Assembly (NCBI GenBank): GCA_040752795.1 | Contig: JBFMGH010000608.1 | Location: forward strand, 110,325 to 174,324 | Reading direction: 5' to 3' | DNA length: 64,000 bases | Source: Cyanobacteriota bacterium | Lineage (GTDB): Bacteria; Cyanobacteriota; Vampirovibrionia; JBFMGH01 | In this document: positions 48,355 through 59,304 of the stretch, one piece after another | How positions within the stretch are numbered: the stretch's first letter is position 1 | Layout of the letters: the number at the start of each line of letters is the position of its first letter | Notes under the pieces: generated by a model | What the model was told of the DNA's origin: nothing | The model's database searches: none | What the model saw: the letters and a program-made list of their open reading frames with translations, nothing else | Translations under genes and position numbers: made by a program

Positions 48355-48981
48355 TTAGTCTTCTATCATTATATAATTTGATTTTTGTTGCGCTGTAATA
48401 GCTGGTTTTATTTGAGGAGCATTGATAGGCTTATAAGCATAGTACTTACTTCTTTTGTATGCAACGTATTTTAGATATTTAGGCAATTTTTGCAGGTAAT
48501 CTATTGGATTAACATAACCACCATTGTAGTGAACTTCAAAGTGTAAGTGTGGACCTGTTGACCTGCCTGTAGATCCTACCTGTGCTATAATATCTCCCCT
48601 TCTTACGTATTGCCCAACTTTAACTAAATTATCTGAGTTATGAGCATACATGGTTTCAACTATAGGCAACTCAGGAATATCAGGGTATTGATGCCTTATA
48701 ATAACAGCTTTACCATAACCACCTTTTATATCTGAATATACCACATACCCTTCCTGGAGGGCGTAAATAGGAGTTCCTGATTTAGCAGCCACATCTAGAC
48801 CACAATGGAAGGCTGTTTTTTTACTGAAGGGGTCACTCCTCCAGCCAAACAAAGACGATATGCTTCCTCTTGTTGGCCCTATAAAGGTTTTGGTAGACTT
48901 GGTTTCGCAATAAGCTTCTGTGGCTAAGCTGATAGACAGTATTAGGCTTATTATTAATCCTGTTGTTAACCTTTTAAGCAT
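48355..48981 (-). CDS. M23-family (LytM-like) metallopeptidase, secreted
   Basis: Signal peptide. HCGLDVAA...GD.IA.VGSTGRSTGPHLHFEV (H.G.D and H.H motifs). Confidence 0.8.
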   Translation of the reverse strand: MLKRLTTGLIISLILSISLATEAYCETKSTKTFIGPTRGSISSLFGWRSDPFSKKTAFHCGLDVAAKSGTPIYALQEGYVVYSDIKGGYGKAVIIRHQYPDIPELPIVETMYAHNSDNLVKVGQYVRRGDIIAQVGSTGRSTGPHLHFEVHYNGGYVNPIDYLQKLPKYLKYVAYKRSKYYAYKPINAPQIKPAITAQQKSNYIMIED

Positions 48982-49211
48982 AATCGCTTACTCCAGTTGC
49001 TTATTTTGAATCCCTAATATACTATGCCCCTAATATCATAATAATAACTATATTAACAAAATTCTACATCCAGCAAATAATGTAAAATTTATTTAATGAC
49101 TGATTATGTTAAAATTTGATTTTGATTGAGTTAAAAATATTTAAAGGATAACGTTTTGAATATCTTTATTAAGATGTTTTATATTTTGTTAATAGTTGTT
49201 ATTGTTTCAGG

Positions 49212-50078
49212 TTGTGGCCCAATTTGAATTTCATTGAGTTATTAAAAGTTAACCTTAAAATAGCAAGTTTATACTTACAAGGTTATCAAGTAGAAACCTC
49301 AGATTTTAGAAGAAGCTATAAATATTTGGCTTCTAGTTATGATGATGAATGGTTTGTTTATCTTAGCTCAATTACAGAAGATGTTTTATCTAAAATTTCA
49401 GACCAGAAACCTAAATATATTTTAGACTTAGGCTGTGGTACGGGCGGTGCAACCTTAAAGCTAAAATATATGTTCCCAGAGGCTAAAATTATAGGAATGG
49501 ATTGCTCTAAACACATGCTGAGACAGGCCAGACCTAAATTAGGTTCTGATAGTGTTATACTTTTTAGAGATACTATGGAGAGAGGTCTAACAAAACTTTC
49601 AGATAATCAGTTTGACCTGATTACATGTGCTTGGAGCTTGGGATATGCTAGGCATAAAAAAGTTTATAAAGAGCTTTATCGTGTTTTATCAAAAAATGGT
49701 TATTTATTAACGCTTACTAATAAAAGAGATACTCTGAAAGCAGTCCAAAAAACCATGAAATATACTATGTATAACCACTATAAAAGTCTAAAGAAATTAC
49801 CTCTTCATAAATTCCCTGAAAATAAAGAATATTTGTTAAAAAAATTTGGTAAACGGTTTAAAGAAATTGATTATGGAGAAGGTAATTTTTCTATTGACCT
49901 GACTAACAAGCAATCTATTTTAGACTGGCTTTTAAATACAGGTATATTAGCTGGTTATGAATATGTTCTTGATCTTAAGAATGATAAAAAGTGCAGAAAA
50001 ACTTTTGAAGATTATATAAAATCAAATTTTAAAGATGTTACGCATGAATATATGTGGATATTACTCCAGAAACAGTAG
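49212..50078 (+). CDS. Class I SAM-dependent methyltransferase
   Basis: ILDLGCGTGGATLKL (motif I), then D (post I) and motif II. TTG start. A 6-nt gap to the next gene suggests an operon. Confidence 0.7.
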   Translation: MWPNLNFIELLKVNLKIASLYLQGYQVETSDFRRSYKYLASSYDDEWFVYLSSITEDVLSKISDQKPKYILDLGCGTGGATLKLKYMFPEAKIIGMDCSKHMLRQARPKLGSDSVILFRDTMERGLTKLSDNQFDLITCAWSLGYARHKKVYKELYRVLSKNGYLLTLTNKRDTLKAVQKTMKYTMYNHYKSLKKLPLHKFPENKEYLLKKFGKRFKEIDYGEGNFSIDLTNKQSILDWLLNTGILAGYEYVLDLKNDKKCRKTFEDYIKSNFKDVTHEYMWILLQKQ

Positions 50079-50084
50079 TATTTA

Positions 50085-51377
50085 ATGTTTGATAAGTTTA
50101 AAAAGCTTTATACCCTCTATAAAATTCTCCGGACAAAGGAAATAACTACTGTTCCAATAGAAGTTTTGAATAAATTACCAGCTAAAAGATTGCCAGATAA
50201 AATTTTTGATGAAATAAAACAAAAAAAAAGTTTTATACCATTTAAAACCTTAGTTTATATGTATAACTGGCTTAAAAATGAAACAATTACGCAAATGTTA
50301 GATGGTCGTTATGTTATAAATGCATTTTTGCCACCAATGCCTGGTAAGGGGCATGATAGAATGTTTGTAAATATGCTTTCTGGCAGAAAAATTAGCCCTG
50401 TATCTGCGTACATTGCTATAACATCTAAGTGTTGCTACAATTGCTGGCATTGCAGTTATAAAAATCGTTCAGGAGAAGATTTAACCTATAATCAAATATC
50501 TGATTTAATTGACCAGCTATTGTCTATAGGTACAAGTATTATAGGTATTACAGGTGGAGAACCAACTTTAAGAGAAGATCTAGTTGAAATAATTGAAAAA
50601 GCCTCAGCCGAAACAGACTGCATGCTATTTACTAACGGGGTTAATTTTACAGAAGATCTTGCTATAAAACTTAAAAAGGCAGGTCTATGGGCTGTTGCTA
50701 TAAGTGTAGATAGTCATATACCGGATATTCATAATAAAAAGAGGTCTAATGAAAAGGCATATGAAACTGCAATAAGGGCTATAAAACTTAGTAATAAGTA
50801 TTCATTTTATACAATGCTTACTACTGTTCCAGATATGGAGATACTTAAGGATGGTACATATAAAGAAATTTACAAACTAGCAACAGATTTACAGGTTGAT
50901 GAGTATAGAATAGTTGAACCAATGCCTACAGGAAAACTGATTGATTGTAATAATTGCTTTTTAGATAATACTCTTAGAGATGAAATAAAAGATTTTCATA
51001 AGCAAATAAACAAAAGAAATCTTAAACCAAAGGTGTGTTCATTTGCTCTGGTTGAGTCTGGAGAATATTTTGGTTGTTGTGCTGGCACTATGCACCTTTT
51101 TATAGATAGTTTTGGAAATGTTTGCCCCTGTGACTTTACACCATTGAGTTTTGGCAATATTAAAGAAATCCCACTTAAAGAGGCCTGGAAAAGACTTAAT
51201 GAAGCCTTTAAACTGCCACGTTATAATTGTTTTATTCAGGAAAATTACAATATTATTCGAAAATATTATAAGGGAACTCTTCCAATTAGCTTTGAAAATA
51301 TTGAAGAAATCTTTAAAGAGGTTCCAGAATCTGATTTACCTGCTTATTTTAAACATGTTTTATCACGTAGAAATTAA
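50085..51377 (+). CDS. Radical SAM protein with a C-terminal SPASM/twitch-like Cys cluster and a ~100-aa N-terminal extension
   Basis: CCYNCWHC (CxxxCxxC-like). GGEPTL. C-terminal cysteines CNNC ... C..........CC.............CPC. Confidence 0.75.
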   Translation: MFDKFKKLYTLYKILRTKEITTVPIEVLNKLPAKRLPDKIFDEIKQKKSFIPFKTLVYMYNWLKNETITQMLDGRYVINAFLPPMPGKGHDRMFVNMLSGRKISPVSAYIAITSKCCYNCWHCSYKNRSGEDLTYNQISDLIDQLLSIGTSIIGITGGEPTLREDLVEIIEKASAETDCMLFTNGVNFTEDLAIKLKKAGLWAVAISVDSHIPDIHNKKRSNEKAYETAIRAIKLSNKYSFYTMLTTVPDMEILKDGTYKEIYKLATDLQVDEYRIVEPMPTGKLIDCNNCFLDNTLRDEIKDFHKQINKRNLKPKVCSFALVESGEYFGCCAGTMHLFIDSFGNVCPCDFTPLSFGNIKEIPLKEAWKRLNEAFKLPRYNCFIQENYNIIRKYYKGTLPISFENIEEIFKEVPESDLPAYFKHVLSRRN

Positions 51378-51492
51378 CTTTAACTAGATTATTGTTAATT
51401 AATATACTTAATACAAAGGTCTTATGCTTGCTAAACATCTTATTTAACAATACAATCATCAATATTAAGTTAGTACACTTTGTGAGAAGAAT

Positions 51493-52764
51493 ATGACGGA
51501 TAAGATTATAAATATTGGTATATTAGGTCTTGGAACAGTTGGAACGGGTGTCGTTAAGGTATTAAAGAAATATGATTGTTTGAAAATAAAAAAAATTGCA
51601 GTTAGAAACACAAATAAAAAGCGAGATGTTGATATAGAAGGTATTCTAACTGATAATCCTTTTGAAATTACAAATGATCCAGATATATCAATTGTTGTTG
51701 AGGTGATGGGAGGAACTGACCCAGCGTTTCAGCTTGTGACAGATGCTATAAGGAACGGCAAGCATATTGTTACTGCTAACAAGGAGTTGTTGGCTAAAAG
51801 AGGTCCTGAAATATATGAGTTAGCAAGAGAAAAGAATGTAGCAGTTTTGTATGAAGCCTCTGTTGGTGGTGGTATACCTATAATAATGCCAATGAAACAA
51901 AGCCTTGCTGCTAACAAAATTACTTCTATGGCTGGTATTCTTAATGGTACTACAAATTATATTTTAACTAAAATGGAGCAAGAGAATTCTGAATTTGCTG
52001 ATGTTTTGAAAGAAGCACAGGAATTAGGTTATGCTGAACCCGATCCTACCAGTGATGTAGAAGGACATGATGCAGCATATAAACTTTCTATTCTTGCATC
52101 AATAGCTTTTGGATACAGAATTAATATCAATGATATTTATTGTGAAGGAATAAGCAATATTACTCCTGTTGATATAGCTTATGCTTCAGAGCTTGGCTAT
52201 AAAATAAAACTAATTGCAATGGCAAGCATAAAAGATGATAACAAACTTGATGTGAGAGTTCATCCGGCACTTGTTTCCAAGACACATCCACTGGCAAGTA
52301 TAAATGGTGTTACAAATGCCCTTACTGTTTATGGTGATGCTGTTGGCCAGGTTAATTTCTCTGGCCCTGGAGCAGGTCAAATGCCTACAGCTAGTGCTGT
52401 AGTTGGTGACATCTTAGCAATTGTACGTGAAATGGATATGACAGTTAATGTATTACCATCTATGAAGTGTACACACAAACTAAATGCAACTATTGTGCCA
52501 ATAGAAGATACAGTTAGTAAGTTTTATGTTAGATTTAATTCTTTAGACCAGCCTGGTGTTATTGGCCACATGGGAATGTCATGTGGTAATCATGGTGTTA
52601 GCCTTCTTGGAGTGATTCAAAAGGATATGTTACTTGGTGGTCAGGCACGTATAATTTTGTTAACACATGAGGTAAAAGAGTCAGCTTTACGTGCAGCAAT
52701 TGATGAGATTTCATTACATTTCTCTACTAAACAGATAGCTAATGTTATAAGAGTATTTAGATAA
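51493..52764 (+). CDS. hom: Homoserine dehydrogenase
   Basis: NAD-binding IGILGLGTVGTGV, the homoserine-DH catalytic domain, and a C-terminal ACT domain. Confidence 0.9.
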   Translation: MTDKIINIGILGLGTVGTGVVKVLKKYDCLKIKKIAVRNTNKKRDVDIEGILTDNPFEITNDPDISIVVEVMGGTDPAFQLVTDAIRNGKHIVTANKELLAKRGPEIYELAREKNVAVLYEASVGGGIPIIMPMKQSLAANKITSMAGILNGTTNYILTKMEQENSEFADVLKEAQELGYAEPDPTSDVEGHDAAYKLSILASIAFGYRININDIYCEGISNITPVDIAYASELGYKIKLIAMASIKDDNKLDVRVHPALVSKTHPLASINGVTNALTVYGDAVGQVNFSGPGAGQMPTASAVVGDILAIVREMDMTVNVLPSMKCTHKLNATIVPIEDTVSKFYVRFNSLDQPGVIGHMGMSCGNHGVSLLGVIQKDMLLGGQARIILLTHEVKESALRAAIDEISLHFSTKQIANVIRVFR

Positions 52765-52773
52765 GGAAATAAA

Positions 52774-53856
52774 ATGGATAGTACAATGACAACAAAAAGC
52801 TTTGTCCCTTTAATCGAACATTATAAAGAATTTTTGCCTGTAACCGATAAAACTCCTATAGTGTCAATTAATGAAGGTTTTACACCATTAATAAAAGCAG
52901 ATAGAATAGCAGAAAAAACAGGCATCAAAGGGCTAAAACTTTATCTTAAATATGATGGGGCTAATCCTACTGGAAGCTTTAAAGACCGTGGAATGACTAT
53001 GGCAATAAGCAAAGCTTTGGAAGAAGGGTCAAAATCTGTAATGTGTGCTAGTACAGGAAATACAAGCGCATCTGCAGCTGCATATAGTGCAAAGGCAGGT
53101 CTTAAATGTTATGTTCTAATACCTGATGGCTATATTGCATTAGGTAAATTATCTCAGGCAATGCTTTATGGGGCTGATATTATTGCTATTGATGGAAACT
53201 TTGATGAAGCTCTTGAGATAGTTTTAGAACTAACAAAATCATCCCCTATTACTCTTGTTAATTCACTAAACCCTTATAGAATTGATGGACAACAAACATC
53301 AGCTTTTGAGATATGTGATAAGCTTAACAGGGCGCCTGACTACTTATGTATACCAGTGGGCAATGCCGGAAATATTACTGCTTACTGGAAGGGATTTAAA
53401 GCATACTATAATGCAGGAAAAATTTCACAGAAACCTGTTATGTATGGTTTTGAAGCTGAAGGAGCTGCAGCAATAGTTAAAGGTGAGAGAATTCTGAAAC
53501 CTGAGACAATTGCTACTGCTATAAGAATAGGTAATCCTGCTAGCTGGGAACATGCAGTGAATGCCGCAAATGAATCAAATGGTAAAGTTGATTTTGTTAC
53601 AGATAATGAAATATTAAATGCGTATAGAGACCTGGCTAGACTAGAAGGAGTATTTTGTGAACCTGCTAGTGCAGCCAGTGTAGCAGGATTATATAAAGCC
53701 GCATGTCATGGAAAACTTAAAGAAAACTCTTTAGTTGTATGTGTATTAACTGGAAATGGTTTGAAGGATCCTGATTGTGCAATAAATAATTCTAATTGTG
53801 TAGTCAAGAAAACTTCATCTAACCTTGAAGATATAAAGCAGATGCTTGCATTATAA
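52774..53856 (+). CDS. thrC: Threonine synthase
   Basis: PLP-lysine motif TGSFKDRG and the fold-type II core. Confidence 0.9.
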   Translation: MDSTMTTKSFVPLIEHYKEFLPVTDKTPIVSINEGFTPLIKADRIAEKTGIKGLKLYLKYDGANPTGSFKDRGMTMAISKALEEGSKSVMCASTGNTSASAAAYSAKAGLKCYVLIPDGYIALGKLSQAMLYGADIIAIDGNFDEALEIVLELTKSSPITLVNSLNPYRIDGQQTSAFEICDKLNRAPDYLCIPVGNAGNITAYWKGFKAYYNAGKISQKPVMYGFEAEGAAAIVKGERILKPETIATAIRIGNPASWEHAVNAANESNGKVDFVTDNEILNAYRDLARLEGVFCEPASAASVAGLYKAACHGKLKENSLVVCVLTGNGLKDPDCAINNSNCVVKKTSSNLEDIKQMLAL

Positions 53857-54064
53857 ATAATATTCATTGAGATATAGTATTGAAAAGAAAACATTCTTAT
53901 AAAAAGGTGTTTTCTTTTAGTTATTATACAATATGCTTGTTTGATGTTTAAAAATGTTAAGCTAATATTAAAAACTACACCAATTTTTAAAATGCTGGTA
54001 CTATTAGATTTGTTGAGTACACACTACCATTAATTTGTATATAAAAACTTAAGCAGGTTGATTA

Positions 54065-54628
54065 TTGGATAATAAATGGTTAGAAATTAGAGAAGCATCC
54101 GAAGTTTTAGACGTAGAACTTGAATATTTGTGTGATCAAGTCATAAATGGAACTGTTAAAACCTCAACATGTGATGATCTTTTAATGATTGATGTATTAT
54201 CACTACCAGATTTCTCTGAAGTATCTTATGACCGTAATGCAATGTCTGTAGAAACTGTAAGGAAAGAACTTGAGAAATTTAAGGTTGAATATGCCTGGCT
54301 AAAATCTGAAAACTTGATGAATGCAAAGCTTATAGAAGATTATCATGTTAGATTTAGCGAATTAAAACGTATACAAACTGAGCTTATTGAAGTTATTAAT
54401 CATCAGTCTGAAACAATAAGAGCTTTAAAGGGTTATAATTCTATAACAAGATGCAACCAGGAGACTCAGTTAGAAACAATGCCTCAAGCTAAACGGGTAA
54501 ATACAGGCTTTTCTCTATGGATGTTTTTACCTATTTTAGGGCTCTCTATGGCTGCTATAGTTGAAATATTTAAGGTCCAGCATATCTATAGTTTTGATGA
54601 CTTTCTTAGATACATAGGTATGCTGTAG
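54065..54628 (+). CDS. Hypothetical coiled-coil protein with a C-terminal transmembrane anchor
   Basis: ORF with a predicted C-terminal TM segment (LWMFLPILGLSMAAIV). TTG start; uncertain. Confidence 0.4.
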   Translation: MDNKWLEIREASEVLDVELEYLCDQVINGTVKTSTCDDLLMIDVLSLPDFSEVSYDRNAMSVETVRKELEKFKVEYAWLKSENLMNAKLIEDYHVRFSELKRIQTELIEVINHQSETIRALKGYNSITRCNQETQLETMPQAKRVNTGFSLWMFLPILGLSMAAIVEIFKVQHIYSFDDFLRYIGML

Positions 54629-54641
54629 AATGCATTAAAAA

Positions 54642-55538
54642 TCATGCAAAAACTATTTCTGGTTTTATTAAATCATTAATACTGTCATATCTACCTACAG
54701 CCTGAATTTGATTATTATTATTTATAAGAAAAATTCTTTGATTGTGTTCGAAGAAAGTGTTTTCTAGCTTGATAAACTGTCCCAAAAAAACTTTATTAAT
54801 AAGATCATTGTTTATAATACAGGCTGGCCAGTTTATTAACTCTCTTGGATCAACAAGGAACTGTTCAAGTGTGTTTGTATCAACGATATGAGATAGTTCA
54901 TCTAAGGTAATACTATCATCTAAATGTAACCCTGATGATTTAGTGCGTATAAGGTTACTCAGATAGGCTCCGCAATTAAGATCTTTACCGAGATCATTAG
55001 CAATACTTCTAATATAAGTACCTGCACTACATTCTATTTTGACCTTTATAACCGGGTGGTCTATTTCAATATAGGAAATATCAAGCAGTTCAATATTATA
55101 AATAGTAACAGGTTTAGAAGGCAGGTCATCTATAATGATGCCTTTATGTGCATATTTATAGAGTTTCTTGCCTTTATAGTGTGTAGCTGACTTTAAAGGC
55201 ACTTGTTGTTGAATAGTTCCTGTATAATTTAGTAATTTTTCAGTGATAATAGTTTGATTTGTTTCACCTTTTTGTTTTGAGAGAATTTCGCCTTCAGAGT
55301 CGTAGCTGTCTGTAGTAATACCAAGGGTTATCTCAGCAATATATTCTTTTTCTCCTGGTAAAAACTGAATAAGTTTTGTGTATTTACCTATAAAAACAGG
55401 TAAAACACCAATAGCAAGAGGGTCTAATGTTCCAGCATGCCCTATCTTTTTAGTTTTTAATATTTTTCGAAGTTTGTTTATAGTGTCATGTGAAGTAAAG
55501 TTTATAGGCTTATTTATATTTAATATTCCGGTAAGCAA
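54642..55538 (-). CDS. truB: tRNA pseudouridine(55) synthase
   Basis: GILNINKP...HAGTLDPLA.GVL catalytic Asp motif. Confidence 0.9.
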   Translation of the reverse strand: MLTGILNINKPINFTSHDTINKLRKILKTKKIGHAGTLDPLAIGVLPVFIGKYTKLIQFLPGEKEYIAEITLGITTDSYDSEGEILSKQKGETNQTIITEKLLNYTGTIQQQVPLKSATHYKGKKLYKYAHKGIIIDDLPSKPVTIYNIELLDISYIEIDHPVIKVKIECSAGTYIRSIANDLGKDLNCGAYLSNLIRTKSSGLHLDDSITLDELSHIVDTNTLEQFLVDPRELINWPACIINNDLINKVFLGQFIKLENTFFEHNQRIFLINNNNQIQAVGRYDSINDLIKPEIVFA

Positions 55539-55541
55539 TGT

Positions 55542-55892
55542 TTAGACTTCACCCCTTGCTATTTTTTCCAGCAATTTAGTAACTCTTACGCCTCTTTCAA
55601 GTGAATCATCTATCATGAACTTTATTTCAGGAGTGAATCTAAGAGAAATTCTTTTTCCTATTTCTGTTCTTATAAAGCCAGTTGATGAAGCAAGTGCCTC
55701 CATTGTGTTATTTTGATCATCTGCTTCTCCAAGTATGCTAACAAAAACTTTAGCATGTCTGCAATCTGCTGAAAGCTCTACGTCAGTGACGGAAACAATA
55801 CCTGATATTCTAGGGTCTTTTAGGCGTGTTTGTAATAAATCACTAACCTCTCTAATAAGAGCTTTCCTGACCTTATCTACTCTGCTAACCAT
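55542..55892 (-). CDS. rbfA: Ribosome-binding factor A
   Basis: R..KV..LI.EV...L........I..V.VS.D...A.VFVS KH-like fold. Confidence 0.9.
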   Translation of the reverse strand: MVSRVDKVRKALIREVSDLLQTRLKDPRISGIVSVTDVELSADCRHAKVFVSILGEADDQNNTMEALASSTGFIRTEIGKRISLRFTPEIKFMIDDSLERGVRVTKLLEKIARGEV

Positions 55893-55919
55893 TTTATCTT
55901 CCTTATTTATGATGGAGTG

Positions 55920-58900
55920 TTAATTGAGGCTTTCTCTTTCAATTTCGACCATAGTGGTGACTTTAATAAGGTCACCTTTTTGCAGGTCGTTGAATTTATT
56001 GAATGAAATACCACATTCGTATCCTGAAGCAACTTCTTTAGCGTCGTCTTTAAATCTTTTTAAGTTATCAAGATTGCCTTTGTAAATTTCTTTATTCTCT
56101 CTCAGTACAGTTGCTGTTCTATTCCGTACAACTTTACCATCGAGAACGTAACAACCTGCAATAACTAAATTTTTTCCAACTGTAAATAAGTCTCTAACTT
56201 CAGCTACACCTAGTTCAATCTCTTTAAGCTCTGGTTTAAGGAGGCCCAGCATGGTTTTTTCAATATCTTCTGAGATCTGGTAAATGATTTCATATGTTCT
56301 TATGCTAACGCCTTCTTCTGCTGAAACTCTTAGAGCGTTTGGATCTTCTTTTACACCAAATCCAATTATTATTGCATCACTGGTGGCTGCTAACATAACG
56401 TCAGCTTCAGATATATCACCAACGCCGCTGTGTATAAGTTTTACTTTGATTTCTTTAGATTTAAGTTCTTGTAAAGCTGTTTCAACAGCTTTTGCTGAGC
56501 CATCAGTGTCGGATTTTATAATAATATTAAGTTCTTTGATTTCGTTATCAGTTTTTTTCTTCTGTTTAGCTGTAAAGATGGTATCTTTTTGAAGTTTAAT
56601 TGGTCCCTGGCTGCTAAGTCTTTTTTCTCTATCTTCTTCTTTACGCTTACTAACAATTTGTTTGAGTTCTTTATCGCTTTCAACTACTGCAAATGTGTCT
56701 CCTGCATTAGGAACATCGCCTAACCCCAAAATTTCTACTGGAGTACTTGGACCTGCTTCAACAACTCTTTCCCCATGGTCATTGATAAGAGCTCTTACTT
56801 TACCTCCAACGCTTCCTACAACAACAAAATCTCCGATGTATAATGTGCCATTTTGAACTAAAACTCTTGCTACAGCACCTTTGCCTTTGTCTAGTTCGGC
56901 TTCAATGACAACACCAGTTGCCTTGGCGGTTGAATCTGCCTTAAGCTCTTGCATTTCAGCGACAAGTGTTATCATTTCAAGTAAGTCGTCTATGTTTTCA
57001 CCTTTAAACGCACTTATTTTTACAGTTACAGTTTCACCGCCCCATTCTTCGGGTATGAGGTTGTGTTCAGTAAGTTGTTGTAAAATTCTGTCGGGATCAG
57101 CATTAGATTTATCAATTTTATTAATAGCCACAATAATTGGCACTTCTGCGGCTTTAGCGTGGTTTATAGCTTCAACAGTTTGAGGCATAACGCCATCATC
57201 TGCAGCAACAATCAAGATTGCTATATCAGTTGCCTGAGCTCCTCGAGCTCTCATCGCTGTAAATGCTTGGTGGCCTGGTGTATCAATAAATACAATTTTA
57301 TTATTGTTATATTCAACGGTATAAGCACCAATTGACTGGGTTATACCACCAACTTCTGCGTCTACAAGTTTGTGTTTAGAGGCTCTAATAGAATCAAGAA
57401 GCGTTGTTTTACCGTGATCAACGTGCCCTAATATTGTAACAATGGGTGCTCTTTTTTCTAATTTGCTTTTATCTATTGTTGATTCTTTTTCTTCATCTTC
57501 TTTTTTGTCTTCAATTTCAGGTTCTTTTTCTTTTATTATTTCTTCTATAATTTGATATCCTAATTTTTCAGTTACTTCTTTTGCTAAATCTTCACTAATG
57601 GTTTCGTTTATAGTTGCAAATACACCAGCTTTCATAAGTTCTTTAATGATTTCAGCAGCACTAATTTTCAATAATTTAGCTAGTTCTGCTATAATCATTG
57701 CCTCTTTGATACATACTTCGGTAGGAATCTCTTCCACGACCTCTTTTTTAGGAGGTTTCTTTTTCTTGAAGATTTCTGTTATAGGTTTTAGATCTTGATA
57801 TTTATCTTTTTTCTTTGGAAGTTCTTTTTTGTGTCCGTGTTTTACACCAGGTTTTGCGGCTGGTTTATTACCGTCTGTTGTTGCTGAATTTACTCTAATA
57901 GGTCCATTATCCTCTTGTTTTGGCTTTTCTTTATACCTTATATCAGGACGATCTACTGGTCTGATATCTTTTTTATCCCGAGGTTCAAATCTTCTATCTG
58001 TAGATCTTTCTCTAGGTCTGTCATCAGGTCTATCTCTTCGCTTATCTCTAGGTCTGTCATCAGGTTTTACATGATGTCTCTTTTCAAATCTTTCACCTGG
58101 TTGGCGCTCAGTTTTAGTGGCTGGTGCGGTTTCTTCTTTTAGAAGAGTTTTAGTTTCAGCTGTTTGATCAATACTTTCTACAGTTGTAATGTCTGGTTTT
58201 TCTGCTGGTTTAAAATCAGTTTTTCCTTGAATCGTTTCGTCAGTTTTAATATTATGTTGTGTGGAATGTTTAAAGTATTGAGGTTTTCTGCCGGTTGGTT
58301 TCCCTCTCTGTTGTTGTTTAGCTCCAGCTCCAGGTGCTGGAGTAGATGGTTTAAGTCGATACTTATTACCAGAGATACCAAATGGTTTATCTCCTCCGAA
58401 GGGTTTTCTGAATTTTTCATGAGGAGATTCTGATTGATTTTGTTCAGTTGATTGTTGTTGTGGATTCTGGCCAGGTTTTTGGTGTTGTCTGTTTAAATCC
58501 CTTTGTTGTTTGTACATGTCTGGTCTTTTATGTACTGACCTGTCAGGAACATAGCCTTTAGAAGGTGTTCTGTCTCCAGATGATTGCTCAGCATTAGTTC
58601 TTGTAGGTGCGTGTGGTTGTGCTTGTTGCACTTTTCTTTCTGCGGGTTGGGCTTCCATTGGAGCTGGCTTTGGTTCTTTTTTGGGTTCAGTTGCAGGCTC
58701 TGATAATTTAGTTTGATTTGTTTGTGGACTAGTTATTTCAGCTATTGTTTCTGGTTTTATCGATTCTTCAGATTTTGATTCTGGTGTTGGCTCTGGTGCA
58801 GAGGGTTGTTTTTTACTGGAACTATCAGAACCTGTAAAAGCTCTAAGCTTATCTGCCACATCTTGACTAATAGTGCTTGAGTGACTTTTTACGGATATAT

Positions 58901-58991
58901 TAAGCTTATCTTTTAAGAGATTAATCAAAACCTTATTAGGAGTTCCTAACTCCCTTGCAAGGTCATAGATTCTTACTTTTTCAGGTGACAT
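55920..58991 (-). CDS. infB: Translation initiation factor IF-2, with a long low-complexity N-terminal region
   Basis: G-domain GHVDHGKTTLLD...DTPGH...NKID, and a conserved C-terminal β-barrel. Confidence 0.95.
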   Translation of the reverse strand: MSPEKVRIYDLARELGTPNKVLINLLKDKLNISVKSHSSTISQDVADKLRAFTGSDSSSKKQPSAPEPTPESKSEESIKPETIAEITSPQTNQTKLSEPATEPKKEPKPAPMEAQPAERKVQQAQPHAPTRTNAEQSSGDRTPSKGYVPDRSVHKRPDMYKQQRDLNRQHQKPGQNPQQQSTEQNQSESPHEKFRKPFGGDKPFGISGNKYRLKPSTPAPGAGAKQQQRGKPTGRKPQYFKHSTQHNIKTDETIQGKTDFKPAEKPDITTVESIDQTAETKTLLKEETAPATKTERQPGERFEKRHHVKPDDRPRDKRRDRPDDRPRERSTDRRFEPRDKKDIRPVDRPDIRYKEKPKQEDNGPIRVNSATTDGNKPAAKPGVKHGHKKELPKKKDKYQDLKPITEIFKKKKPPKKEVVEEIPTEVCIKEAMIIAELAKLLKISAAEIIKELMKAGVFATINETISEDLAKEVTEKLGYQIIEEIIKEKEPEIEDKKEDEEKESTIDKSKLEKRAPIVTILGHVDHGKTTLLDSIRASKHKLVDAEVGGITQSIGAYTVEYNNNKIVFIDTPGHQAFTAMRARGAQATDIAILIVAADDGVMPQTVEAINHAKAAEVPIIVAINKIDKSNADPDRILQQLTEHNLIPEEWGGETVTVKISAFKGENIDDLLEMITLVAEMQELKADSTAKATGVVIEAELDKGKGAVARVLVQNGTLYIGDFVVVGSVGGKVRALINDHGERVVEAGPSTPVEILGLGDVPNAGDTFAVVESDKELKQIVSKRKEEDREKRLSSQGPIKLQKDTIFTAKQKKKTDNEIKELNIIIKSDTDGSAKAVETALQELKSKEIKVKLIHSGVGDISEADVMLAATSDAIIIGFGVKEDPNALRVSAEEGVSIRTYEIIYQISEDIEKTMLGLLKPELKEIELGVAEVRDLFTVGKNLVIAGCYVLDGKVVRNRTATVLRENKEIYKGNLDNLKRFKDDAKEVASGYECGISFNKFNDLQKGDLIKVTTMVEIERESLN

Positions 58992-59052
58992 TTAATAAAT
59001 TTCAACTCCAATTTCATTTAATCTTTATCATAACATTTTAAAAGAAGTATAG

Positions 59053-59304
59053 TTATTTGGCTATGTTCTGTAACATTTCCGTAATTTCGGAATTAACCTT
59101 TTTCCGCAGTGCTTTTTGCAATTTACCTTTCTTTAAGCATGTCTTAATACATGTTTTGTTGTAACAAATATAAGCACTTCTTCCCTGTAATTTTGAGGAT
59201 GGCTGTAAATGCAGATATTTAGTTTTGTTATTTACCATTATTCTGATTAAATCAGATTTTGGTAGTAGCTTTCTGCAAGATACACACTGCCTTTCTGAAA
59301 TCAA
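59053..59304 (-). CDS. ylxR: YlxR-family (DUF448) RNA-binding protein of the nusA-infB operon
   Basis: RQCVSCRKLLPKSDLIRI. Sits between nusA and infB, as in Firmicutes and Cyanobacteria. Confidence 0.75.
   Translation of the reverse strand: MISERQCVSCRKLLPKSDLIRIMVNNKTKYLHLQPSSKLQGRSAYICYNKTCIKTCLKKGKLQKALRKKVNSEITEMLQNIAK

Noticed and set aside
56284-58433. Multiple plus-strand and minus-strand alternative-frame ORFs within infB
   Set aside because: Antisense or out-of-frame relative to the unambiguous IF-2 gene.
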